DNA of 64,000 nucleotides from an uncultured Verrucomicrobiae bacterium (GCA_963836755.1 CAWIKF010000002.1:1728001-1792000); one strand, 5' to 3'; counted from the stretch's first letter, positions 42,108 to 50,118 are shown. The notes: generated by a model from the letters alone, not told the origin. Translations and numbers: made by a program.

Positions 42108-42446
42108 TCATGCGCGTCCGTGGGTAAAGCGATCTCTTTGCTGTCGGTCAAATCGATGGTTCGAGTTCTTGACGAGGAGAACGATCACCGTGATGGCACT
42201 AAAAAACAGACCGAGAAAGAACCATAGCCAAGCACTGCGATGAGTGTTCTGCGCCCACAACGCGCAAAAAGTTCCGAATAGCATCAGAACCAAGCCGGTA
42301 TCTCCGGCGTCCTTCACTTCATGGTCGAGTTGGAATACACGCTGCTCTAGCTGTGACATGCGGGCATCTTCGTTTTGTTGCGCCGATGCGTTTATCGTAA
42401 CGCAGGAGAACAGGAAAATAACAGCGAGAAAGAATCGGATGTTCAT
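42108..42446 (-). CDS. Hypothetical membrane cassette protein
   Basis: Signal peptide; CALWAQNTHRSAWLWFFLGLFF. Confidence 0.8.
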   Translation of the reverse strand: MNIRFFLAVIFLFSCVTINASAQQNEDARMSQLEQRVFQLDHEVKDAGDTGLVLMLFGTFCALWAQNTHRSAWLWFFLGLFFSAITVIVLLVKNSNHRFDRQQRDRFTHGRA

Positions 42447-42464
42447 AAAAGATGTGAGAGTGAC

Positions 42465-42524
42465 GACTAACAAGAACAAGATCAGCTACCGGCGGAGCCC
42501 ATTCGCTGCATCGCAAGGTTAGGC
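42465..42524 (-). repeat. attC-like site (best conserved)
   Basis: Minus strand GCCTAAC cttgc GATGCAGC ... GCTGATC ttgttctt GTTAGTC; stop TAA in R''. Confidence 0.92.
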
Positions 42525-42800
42525 GTTGCGGTTCTTTGGTGTAAGTAAGCGAATGACATAGGAAATAAACTCAACGGCCCCGAGATAGAATCCGCCGATG
42601 ACTAGCCAGGTGATGACGTGAAAAACGTAACCGTGCTGGTGAAGATGTCGCTGGTGCTCAATGTAATCCGCTGCCGACATCGAGTTGAGTCGGCTCAAGA
42701 CCGATGCGTCATAGCCGTGCGCAAGCCACGCGATGCCGAGAGTCAAAACAATGAGTGCTGCAACTTTGGGCAATGGACTTGGTCTTGTTGCGTTTTCCAT
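42519..42800 (-). CDS. Hypothetical 2-TM cassette protein
   Basis: Two hydrophobic segments flanking a His-rich loop; bounded by attC sites. Confidence 0.75.
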   Translation of the reverse strand: MENATRPSPLPKVAALIVLTLGIAWLAHGYDASVLSRLNSMSAADYIEHQRHLHQHGYVFHVITWLVIGGFYLGAVEFISYVIRLLTPKNRNA

Positions 42801-42825
42801 CAATTGTCTTGGGTGCGCGAGTAAC

Positions 42826-42870
42826 GGCTAACTAGAACAAGCTCAGCTACAGGAGGAGCCTTAGCTGCAT
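42826..42870 (-). repeat. Truncated attC-like site (R'' missing)
   Basis: ggctaac tagaacaagctcagctacaggaggagccttagctgcat, then unrelated sequence. Confidence 0.8.
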
Positions 42871-42900
42871 TTTAACTCTCCCCGCCGCCGCTCGCGCGGT

Positions 42901-44178
42901 TCACTTGCCGGACATCTGCATCGCATATTGCATCGGTGCGGGACGAATCCTGAAGAATACCCACAGGCCAATGGGGTTATCGCCATAAAGCGCGTCGAGG
43001 CTCGAAGGCTTGAAGTTGTAGGTCACGGATGCGCCAAAGGCGACTGAATACGGCTTGTTCGGCGTGAGTTCGTGGGTGGCTCCCAAGGTCAGTTCGGTAA
43101 CTCCAAACTTCTTGCGCTCGGGCTCGATGGCGAGTTCTTCACCCGTCTTCTGGACGTATTCGATACGGCCGAAAATGGAGTTGCGGTTGGCGATGTCCAG
43201 GTTGGTTTCCAGCAGCACGGCATCGGAGTTAATGCCCGCCTCGTTGTTCATGCCCCAGGCGAGAGTCGTGGCCCAGTTGCCACCGTCGCGCAAAGGCAAG
43301 TTGTAAATTGCACTCGCCGTGGCGCGCCGCACACTGTCCTGCGGATGAAGTTCCTCCGGACTTTTTAGATAGCCATAGGAACCTTGGAAGCTCCAATGGT
43401 CGGTGGGATTGTAAGTCAGGCGGCCTGCGTAGGAATCAAGATGGATCGTGTCGATGTTCCAGCGATCTTCATCCGGTTCGCGTCCGTTGAAGATGGAACC
43501 TTCGAGGCGGAACTTCTCGTAGCTCACACCGAGTGTCGCGACGCCGAAGGAGATGTGGGTCGAGTCCAGCCAATGATGTGTGATCGGCGCCGCGGGATTG
43601 TCCGCCGCGGATGCACGGTGCATGAACGCAGGCGGCCCAAGCGCCGGCTCGCCCGATGGAGCCAGATACAAGGAAACGGCCGCCTGATCACTGAGCGGAT
43701 AGCTATAGCTAGCGCCCAGCTCCATGAAAAGATCGTGCGGGTGCTGCCGGTCCACCAAAGTCCCGCCATGGAAAGCCTCGCCGCTTTGGAAAAGCAACGG
43801 GTAACCGTGCGCCGTCGTCGTGGCAGGCTCCAGGCTAAACATCGATCGCAGCATCAGTTCGCCTTTGCCGAGGGGATGAGTCCCCATCAGCATGAACCAG
43901 TTGATCGAGTTAAATTGATCGTCTCCGCGCCTGCTCCATTGCTTGTCATAGGAGAGAAAGGCGTTGAAGTGACTCATCACCATCCACCCGTCCAGCATCG
44001 AATGGTAAGCACGCATCGGAGTGGAATCCGGCTGCCACGAAGTCCCCGATGCCTCGCGAGACATGGGAATGCCGCCGGGCGATTGCATGTCCATGCCCGC
44101 CATATCATGGTGCTCCTCCGCGGTCGCCAAGCTGGCCGCGAGCAGGAAGACTGAGACTATGTTTGAAATTCTGCGCAT
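42901..44178 (-). CDS. Secreted/outer-membrane protein with His/Met-rich N-terminus
   Basis: Signal peptide, EEHHDMAGMDM, SGTSWQP, DRQHPHDLFMEL, HHWLDSTHI; alternating beta-strand pattern. Confidence 0.8.
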   Translation of the reverse strand: MRRISNIVSVFLLAASLATAEEHHDMAGMDMQSPGGIPMSREASGTSWQPDSTPMRAYHSMLDGWMVMSHFNAFLSYDKQWSRRGDDQFNSINWFMLMGTHPLGKGELMLRSMFSLEPATTTAHGYPLLFQSGEAFHGGTLVDRQHPHDLFMELGASYSYPLSDQAAVSLYLAPSGEPALGPPAFMHRASAADNPAAPITHHWLDSTHISFGVATLGVSYEKFRLEGSIFNGREPDEDRWNIDTIHLDSYAGRLTYNPTDHWSFQGSYGYLKSPEELHPQDSVRRATASAIYNLPLRDGGNWATTLAWGMNNEAGINSDAVLLETNLDIANRNSIFGRIEYVQKTGEELAIEPERKKFGVTELTLGATHELTPNKPYSVAFGASVTYNFKPSSLDALYGDNPIGLWVFFRIRPAPMQYAMQMSGK

Positions 44179-44365
44179 GGCGTTGTGCCGTGACCGCAGA
44201 AGCGACGCTATTGGCTCATGCCGCGACGAGCAAGAGCATATTAATAATAGGTGCGCGCGAGCCGTTTCGGGGACTAATGTTACTGCAGGGCGGCGACTTC
44301 TAGGACGAGCGCGGCGTCTGAGATGTCGCCGTTCAATGGAAACGGCCATGCGAATGGTCGGATGA

Positions 44366-44695
44366 TTAGATGTGTCTCTCGGACACGGATGCCTGCACAT
44401 GTTGCATGAGCTGGGTGCGAAAATAGAGAAATCGGCCCGCGAAGAACCAGCTGGTCGGGATGAAACATGCAAGGAGCAATAAGAGCAGGCCTCCAGCGAG
44501 GATGCTTGCTCTTAAACCGAGAGGGCCAAGCTGGAGGGCTGACAGGAAAACGAGGATGCCAAAACAGGCGAAGGAGACGACAGCCATGACTCCAAAGGCA
44601 AGGCTAAGCGCAAATGCTTGGGATGAGCGTGCCTTTAAAACTTTCCCTTGATCACTGAAGTAACTGGAAGCAAGTCGGTCAGAGGGAGTGTCCAT
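44366..44695 (-). CDS. Hypothetical 2-TM cassette protein
   Basis: ATG just after an attC; stop in an ATCTAAT R''-like box. Confidence 0.65.
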   Translation of the reverse strand: MDTPSDRLASSYFSDQGKVLKARSSQAFALSLAFGVMAVVSFACFGILVFLSALQLGPLGLRASILAGGLLLLLLACFIPTSWFFAGRFLYFRTQLMQHVQASVSERHI

Positions 44696-44699
44696 GGCG

Positions 44700-44756
44700 G
44701 CGTAATGGAGAAGATCAGCTACAGGTCAGCCCTTGAGCTGCGTCGCATGGTTGGGA
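44700..44756 (-). repeat. attC-like site (R' degenerate)
   Basis: gcgtaat ggagaagatcagctacagg...agctgcgtcgcatg gttggga. Confidence 0.8.
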
Positions 44757-45245
44757 TCATGGCGATAGGATCGCATACACGGTAAAGAAAGCGCCCAATA
44801 AGAGGGGAAGAATGATCGCGATCATCGGACCGTTGCGCAAGAAGGAGAAGCTGGGTTTGGAAGGATCGTAACGGACGATCAATGAAGGCGCGGTTGCAAG
44901 ACGCTCGATGGATCTCTTCGCCGACTCGGGAGAGCTATGACCGAGTGAGCAAATACTGTAGACGCGACTGGAAGAAAAGTCCGAGCCATGCACGGAGTAG
45001 GAATAGGAAAGCTCTTCGGAATAGGAATGCTGACTTGTTTCAAGCGAAATGCCAGTGCTGGTGATGCGTCCATCGGTCTGCGGGAATCGCGTGAATCTTA
45101 GGAATCTATAGAGCGAGGTGAGTCCCCACACCAAGCACATCGGGGCGATGATAAGAAAGCCCACGCGCGTGAGTCGGCTCATTGGAGTAAACTCCATGCC
45201 AGCTCCCAGAAGAAGCGAGACTGTCGTCGCGAGGGATAGCATCAA
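44757..45245 (-). CDS. DUF3592-like membrane protein (start uncertain)
   Basis: TM, FPQTDGRI, YSYSVHG, VRYDPSKP, C-terminal TM. Confidence 0.65.
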   Translation of the reverse strand: MMLSLATTVSLLLGAGMEFTPMSRLTRVGFLIIAPMCLVWGLTSLYRFLRFTRFPQTDGRITSTGISLETSQHSYSEELSYSYSVHGSDFSSSRVYSICSLGHSSPESAKRSIERLATAPSLIVRYDPSKPSFSFLRNGPMIAIILPLLLGAFFTVYAILSP

Positions 45246-45329
45246 AGTAAGGGGTAGTCGCGCCGAGTAGTAGATCAGAGGCTGGCTAAGTCAAGCGTGA
45301 AGCCCGAACCAGCCGCGTCGCGTGGTGTG

Positions 45330-45577
45330 CGATTGGTTCAGAATGGATTTGGAACGTCTTCAAGGTCTTTAATGCGCCGTTTCGTAGCCGCGAACGGTGA
45401 ATAGCGCCACCCCGAACATCATCCCGAGCGGGAGAAGTCGCACCAGAAGCGCAGAGTGCGAAAGCGCATGGCGGCAAGCCCCTGCCAATGCAAGAGACTA
45501 ATCTCCAGGCAAAAAATAGTCGCCAATAGTGAGGTAACAATGAGCGACATGCTCCAAGGTGCTTTGTAGCGCTTCAT
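45330..45577 (-). pseudogene. Degraded cassette ORF (MKRYKAPWSMSLIVTSLLATIFCL...)
   Basis: Plausible N-terminus after an attC, then early stop; eroded attC-like sequence at about 45262-45330. Confidence 0.4.
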
Positions 45578-45601
45578 TTCGCGGAGCGAACTTATAGAGC
45601 A

Positions 45602-45682
45602 GCCTAGCAAGAACAAGACGAGCTACCCGCGGAGCCTGTCAGCGTCGCACTACAAGCCGGAAGCTCGGCGTCGCGGTTGCTA
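45602..45682 (-). repeat. attC-like site (right part rearranged)
   Basis: gcctagc aagaacaagacgagctacccgcggagcctgtcagcgtcgcac. Confidence 0.7.
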
Positions 45683-46342
45683 CTCTTTGTCCCACGCGAC
45701 CTTGCCGGTATCGAGGTCATACACGCCGGAAACGACCCGGACTTCTTTGCCGGCCGCGCCATAGCTGGCCTCCTTGCGGATCTTCGCAGCGACCAGCCGG
45801 GCGTTCTCGTCAATCGTCAGATCCAGTATATTGCCCTGCTTGCCCTTCGTGGCTCTGACGGCAGGCTGGATGTCGCGAACCAAATAGCGCACATGGCCGG
45901 GAGCCGAACTACTGTCCAAGGCGGCCGTCACGGCACCGCACCGCTCGTGTCCGAGGACTACGATGAGGCGCGAGCCCAGATGATCGACCGCATATTCGAT
46001 GCTCCCCAGGCCGTAGTCATCCACCAGGTTGCCAGCCGTGCGGACCACGAAAAGATCGCCGATGTTCTGGTCAAAGACGATCTCAGGTGCCGTGCGGGAG
46101 TCGGAGCAGGCGACGACGACGGCGAAAGGATGTTGACCTTGCGCGGTTTCCGCCCGTTTGGCGGCATTCGGTTTGCCTTCGGAGATCTTGCTGCTGGCAA
46201 AGCGGGCATTGCCCTTCTTGAGTTTCGCGAGTGCGGCTTCGGCACTGACGGAGGGAGTGGAATGGTCGGAAGCGAAGCCAGCCCCAGCGAGGCTGAGGAA
46301 GCTAATGAACGTGATGAGCGTGAGTTTCGAGGCGGTTTTCAT
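45680..46342 (-). CDS. Secreted beta-class carbonic anhydrase
   Basis: Signal peptide, LKKGNARF, CSDSR, GDLFVVRTAGN, GSIEYA, HERCGAV. Confidence 0.95.
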   Translation of the reverse strand: MKTASKLTLITFISFLSLAGAGFASDHSTPSVSAEAALAKLKKGNARFASSKISEGKPNAAKRAETAQGQHPFAVVVACSDSRTAPEIVFDQNIGDLFVVRTAGNLVDDYGLGSIEYAVDHLGSRLIVVLGHERCGAVTAALDSSSAPGHVRYLVRDIQPAVRATKGKQGNILDLTIDENARLVAAKIRKEASYGAAGKEVRVVSGVYDLDTGKVAWDKE

Positions 46343-46400
46343 AATGCAGTCATTGGTTTTGGTTGCGGTCGTTGGAAAACTGGAGTGACGTGAGGAGCAG

Positions 46401-46423
46401 TTCGCTGCAGCGCATGGTTATGA
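46401..46423 (-). repeat. attC half site (R''/L'')
   Basis: ttcgctgcagcgcatggttatga. Confidence 0.65.
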
Positions 46424-46492
46424 AAAGACAACCAACGCTACCAACAAGATGAGTGCGGCTGTCGTTGCAATCCACTGGAGCGTCCGTTTCAC
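46418..46492 (-). CDS. 24-aa hydrophobic mini-cassette ORF (MKRTLQWIATTAALILLVALVVFS)
   Basis: GTG start 17 bp after GTTAGGC (46516-46510); stop TAA within the TCATAAC R'' box. Confidence 0.45.
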   Translation of the reverse strand: MKRTLQWIATTAALILLVALVVFS

Positions 46493-46620
46493 TGCGACTC
46501 GGCGAATGCGCCTAACATCCTATTGCGCCGACTGGTATCAGCCTATCGCACAAAGTCTCTGTCGGCATGAGCTGGAGAGTGTCAGCGGGGATTATTTTGT
46601 CAATGAGAATAGGTTGATGG

Positions 46621-46672
46621 TGAAAAGTGAAGGCTACACGCGCAGCCTCTTCACTGCATCGCACGGTTAGGG
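46621..46672 (-). repeat. attC-like site (R' lost)
   Basis: gctacacgcgcagcctcttcactgcatcgcacggttaggg. Confidence 0.7.
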
Positions 46673-46688
46673 CGACATAGGCTGTTAA

Positions 46689-47309
46689 TTATTGAGGCGG
46701 ATTATAATCCGAGTCCCCCGGCATCAAATCTTCATTAACGCACACGCTCTCACTCAACTTCCCTCCGTGATCATAATGCAGTTCGATTACCCAGCAGAAG
46801 ACATTCTCGGGCCAGGTGCCTTGGGGTAAAAGTTTAGCGGGGTCCGCCCCGAGCGCATTGAGGAGCTCGGGGATCTTCCCGTGATGCCAGCTGATGAGGA
46901 TTTGTTTTCCATCGCGCCCGGCCTTGATCTCGCGAGCGAGACTCTCGAAGTCATTGTTTTTAAATCTGAGATCGATGGGGAGGCCGATGGCTTTGCTCAA
47001 TGGTTCAATCGTCTGGCGCGCGCGCGTGTTGTTATCGTGGTCGGCGCTGGCGAAGAGGTGATTGATCTGCACCGGCTGCGCAAAGGCGGTGCAGTGTCGG
47101 AAATAATGCGCATAGGCCTTTGCCCGCGCCTCACCGGCGGGCGTGAGGCCGCCACCGGGCGGCTCTTGCTTTTCCGCGTGCCGCACGATCAAAACCGTAG
47201 CGTCACGTAACCCTTTCGTCGTCGTCGGTGGCTTTGCCAGCGGCTTCTTCGAGAGACCTACGGAAGACGCCAGCATTAAGAGCGTGCAGGAGAGAAGGAT
47301 TCTTTTCAT
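46689..47309 (-). CDS. Secreted histidine-phosphatase-like protein
   Basis: Signal peptide, LIVRHAEK, LTPAGEARA, RARQT, ILISWHH. Confidence 0.8.
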   Translation of the reverse strand: MKRILLSCTLLMLASSVGLSKKPLAKPPTTTKGLRDATVLIVRHAEKQEPPGGGLTPAGEARAKAYAHYFRHCTAFAQPVQINHLFASADHDNNTRARQTIEPLSKAIGLPIDLRFKNNDFESLAREIKAGRDGKQILISWHHGKIPELLNALGADPAKLLPQGTWPENVFCWVIELHYDHGGKLSESVCVNEDLMPGDSDYNPPQ

Positions 47310-47341
47310 ACGTGGTGGCTTCTGTGAAACGGAATATCGCC

Positions 47342-47956
47342 TTACATCCTCACGGCGCGTTCATGGCTCCAAAACATTGAATCTTTGCGTTGGACAACAT
47401 CTAATATGTAAAGGCGTTCTTCATTCTTTGGCCCATTCGAGAGACTGTCGATTACGACGATCTCCGCGCCGAAGTCAAACTCGATGATTGTTCTCTTCTT
47501 GTAGGTTCGCGTCGCGTATTGAACGAAGCGCACTCCTCGACACGCACCTCTTCGCGAAAGATCGCTGAGAACTCTGAGCAGCGTTGAATACAAGACAATT
47601 GTTGGCTGACGTGTGAACCGAGCACCGCTGACAAGAACCATTTTGTTCTCTGCTCGTCGAATGACGACAGCTTTCTTTGGGTGTCTCTGTGATCGGAATG
47701 TCAACGCGTTCGGGGCAACTTCGCAATTCACGGAGCGACCAAACTGATCTAGAGCTTCCTTATCTGGAGCGACCTTGAGTAAGCTGCGAAAGAGCGACTC
47801 GATAAAGCAGATCGTCGCATAATCATTCTTCTGAATGATCTGCGGATAACCGTCTTGCGGGTAAGGGCTATATTTAGTCCGGGTTACTGGGTCAGCTTCG
47901 GCTGCAGCGCGCGAAATAAATAGGCACGCGCATGTGGCAGCGATGAGGAGATTCAT
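47342..47956 (-). CDS. Hypothetical secreted cassette protein
   Basis: Signal peptide; ATG 21 bp after an attC. Confidence 0.65.
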   Translation of the reverse strand: MNLLIAATCACLFISRAAAEADPVTRTKYSPYPQDGYPQIIQKNDYATICFIESLFRSLLKVAPDKEALDQFGRSVNCEVAPNALTFRSQRHPKKAVVIRRAENKMVLVSGARFTRQPTIVLYSTLLRVLSDLSRRGACRGVRFVQYATRTYKKRTIIEFDFGAEIVVIDSLSNGPKNEERLYILDVVQRKDSMFWSHERAVRM

Positions 47957-47977
47957 GGGGGAAGGTGCGTCTTTAGC

Positions 47978-48038
47978 GCCTGACGAAAATTAGAGGAGCT
48001 ACAGGCCGAGCCCCGCTAGCCGCAACGCATGGTTAGGC
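47978..48038 (-). repeat. attC-like site
   Basis: gcctgac gaaaattagaggagctacagg...tagccgcaacgcatg gttaggc; stop TAA in R''. Confidence 0.85.
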
Positions 48039-48228
48039 GGCGACCTCATAGGAAAATTTAGGAGTGTCGCCGCGCTTGGTTGCGTGCTCGACAGTGATTC
48101 CGGCGATCTTCCCTTCGCGGTGCAAGTCCAGCAGCATGTTCTCATCCACGGTCGCGCGTTTCGGCGACTTCAACGGCCTTGAATTCGATGTAAAGGGTAT
48201 CGGTATCTTGAAAGTCTTGAATCTTCAT
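48033..48228 (-). pseudogene. DUF2283-like (putative antitoxin) gene with a +1 frameshift
   Basis: MKIQDFQDTDTLYIEFKAVEVAETRD / VDENMLLDLHREGKIAGITVEHATKRGDTPKFSYEVAA*; 196 nt = 3n+1. Confidence 0.75.
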
Positions 48229-48435
48229 GGCGTGAATGAACGATCAAAGAATGGGTTATGCACAGTCTCCCCGTCTGCAAGAAGTATAACGCGCAAGTAT
48301 CTGCCGTCTATCTCGGAAATAGCTGCCCAACGGCGAATGCGGCCATCCTGCCGAATCGTCTCGCGAACGGGATGGTCCCACCGCGCGCTGAATCGACTCC
48401 ATGTCGATCATAGCTCGACCCGGGCGTAGGCGCAT
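48225..48435 (-). pseudogene. Small putative toxin-like gene (DUF4258/RelE-like) with a +1 frameshift, probably 5'-truncated
   Basis: MRLRPGRAMIDMESIQRAV / DHPVRETIRQDGRIRRWAAISEIDGRYLRVILLADGETVHNPFFDRSFTP*; ATGA overlap with the DUF2283-like gene. Confidence 0.6.
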
Positions 48436-48447
48436 TTAAGATGATGT

Positions 48448-49089
48448 TCACGGTATCGGGATAGTCTGTCTGCACTTCGGATAGTTCGGACAACCATAGA
48501 ACTTGCCACGGCTGCTGCTGCGAATGACCAGCGTGATACCACACTTGGGACAAAGTGGTGCAGAAGTAGCATCCTGCGGAACTGGTGTTGATGGCGGCAG
48601 AGCACCTTCGGAAAAGAAAGTTGGCAGCCGGGATGTGATCTCCGAAACATTGTAAACCCGCTGCGTCGGAAAGCGTAAAAGTGTCAGCCCGGAAGCTTCA
48701 AAGACCTTTTGGACAAGGGCATCGCGTGTCTGGCGATCCTCGCGAGCATGGCTGGAATCATCGAGTTCGATACCTACACGGGGACGCATTGAGCGACTGT
48801 CGCACAACAAGAAATCAACGTGCTTGCGGGAAATGCGGTTCTTTGCGGCTTGATTTTGGTCGGGGCGAGAAACATAGAAGATGTCACTGAGGTTGACCTT
48901 GGGACAGACGGTGAACCTATCGCCTGCGGCCGAAAGGAGAATGTGGTAAAACGAAATCTCGGCGGCGGAAAGAAAATCGTCGCGGAGACGAAACGGGAAG
49001 GAGTGAGGAGCAGAAGCGGAAGGACCAATGCCAAACAGGCGAAGAACCAGACCGACACAGCCTGACTTATCACTAGATGCTTTGCTCAT
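48448..49089 (-). CDS. DUF2726 domain protein with C-terminal topoisomerase C4 zinc ribbon
   Basis: FLSAAEISFY, KHVDFLLCD, IELDDSSH; CPKCG...FYGCPNYPKC. Confidence 0.9.
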   Translation of the reverse strand: MSKASSDKSGCVGLVLRLFGIGPSASAPHSFPFRLRDDFLSAAEISFYHILLSAAGDRFTVCPKVNLSDIFYVSRPDQNQAAKNRISRKHVDFLLCDSRSMRPRVGIELDDSSHAREDRQTRDALVQKVFEASGLTLLRFPTQRVYNVSEITSRLPTFFSEGALPPSTPVPQDATSAPLCPKCGITLVIRSSSRGKFYGCPNYPKCRQTIPIP

Positions 49090-49123
49090 GGCGAAAGTGC
49101 CCCATAGGTTGTCGTTTGGTTAG

Positions 49124-49195
49124 TCCTCACAGATAAGCCGAGGTGCTGGTATCGCTGTCGGCCATGTTGCCGGCAATTAGCTCCGGATGTGCCCG
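49124..49195 (-). repeat. Eroded attC-like (or attI-position) site at the proximal end of the array
   Basis: tcctcac agataagccgag ... ttagctcc resembles both arms of the family. Confidence 0.4.
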
Positions 49196-49258
49196 CAACG
49201 TGCCGATTTTCACTGAAAACGGGCGGCAGGGCAAGCCTGTATCGATAAGAAATGTGCG

Positions 49259-49425
49259 AGGTGATCCTCGTCCCAAGGGCGAAACGAACCGAGGTCAAAG
49301 CGGTGACCGCTTTAAATAAAGCGACGATCGGCTGGGTTTAGGCGGTGAGCCCTCATATTAACCAGCGAGTGGCTGGATTCATCGCGTCGCCGCCTGTATT
49401 CGAGTCGTCACCGCTCAAGAAAAAA
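49259..49425. repeat. Degenerate 21-bp tandem repeat, same family as 54308-54685
   Basis: cggtgaccgctttaaataaag, cgacgatcggctgggtttagg, gcgtcgccgcctgtattcgag. Confidence 0.7.
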
Positions 49426-49532
49426 AGTTGCTGCCGTAATGCTCCCATAATATTGCGGCTCCTAAGTTTGCTTCCATCAAGTGCTGTAAGCACAAACAAT
49501 AAAACAAACAAAACAATCCATAGACTGACAAA

Positions 49533-50039
49533 ATGAAAAAACATACTACCGTCAAATGCGCCATTGCCCTCCTGAGCGTTTCCGTTTTCAGCACATCGCT
49601 GATCGCCAAAGCTGAGGATAAGGAAGAATCAACAACGATGGAATCCATTCCAGCGGCTGCAGCCAGTGCGATCAAGAAACAGGCGGCGGGCGCGAAGATC
49701 ACCGGTGTCTCGAAGGAAGACGAGGATGGCAAAACCGTTTATGAAGCGAAGATCAAGGCGAACGGCAGCGTGCGCGAAGTCAGTGTGGACAGCAACGGGA
49801 AAGTCGCCAGCGTTGAAGAGGTGATCCAGCTCTCCGGCGCGCCGGAAGCGGTCCGCACAGCGATCGAAGCGGATAGCAAGGGCGGCAAAGTCGAGAAAAT
49901 CGAGAAGGTTAACGAGGGTGGCAAAACCACCTTCGAGGCGCTTATCTCCGCCAAAGGCAAGCGCGAGGAAGTTGTTTTCTCGCCCGAGGGCAAAGTAGTC
50001 ACGCGTGAAGACAAGAAACACGATAAGGACAAGGACTAA
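49533..50039 (+). CDS. Secreted PepSY-like repeat protein
   Basis: Signal peptide; two repeats of P-A-x..G-K-I..E.GKT.YEA..EV..G. Confidence 0.85.
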   Translation: MKKHTTVKCAIALLSVSVFSTSLIAKAEDKEESTTMESIPAAAASAIKKQAAGAKITGVSKEDEDGKTVYEAKIKANGSVREVSVDSNGKVASVEEVIQLSGAPEAVRTAIEADSKGGKVEKIEKVNEGGKTTFEALISAKGKREEVVFSPEGKVVTREDKKHDKDKD

Positions 50040-50089
50040 AACAACTGCACGCGGACGCAAAAGGCAGGCATTTGCGAAATGTCTAACGG

Positions 50090-50118
50090 GGCCGCCGGCA
50101 AACTCCTTGCCGGCGGCC
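50090..50118. other. Perfect 12-bp GC-rich hairpin (intergenic; possible mRNA stabiliser or terminator)
   Basis: ggccgccggcaa-actcc-ttgccggcggcc, no U-tract. Confidence 0.6.

Larger units (their letters stand above)
38249..49195 (-). mobile_element. Integron-type gene cassette array without a visible integrase (CALIN-like)
   Basis: Recurrent ~60-bp imperfect palindromes (minus strand RYYYAAC...GATGCAGC...GCTGATC...GTTRRRY-like) between short co-oriented ORFs, several with stop codons inside the R'' box. Confidence 0.88.

Noticed and set aside
40833..44472. Long N-terminal extensions in the ORF track (41504, 42083, 42479, 44472)
   Set aside because: They read through attC sites (ADLVL-type translations); downstream ATGs with signal peptides are better starts.
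38521..48038. Recurrent ~60-bp repeats as a CRISPR array
   Set aside because: Intervals are 135-2200 bp and contain ORFs; repeats are degenerate with attC box structure; no cas genes present.
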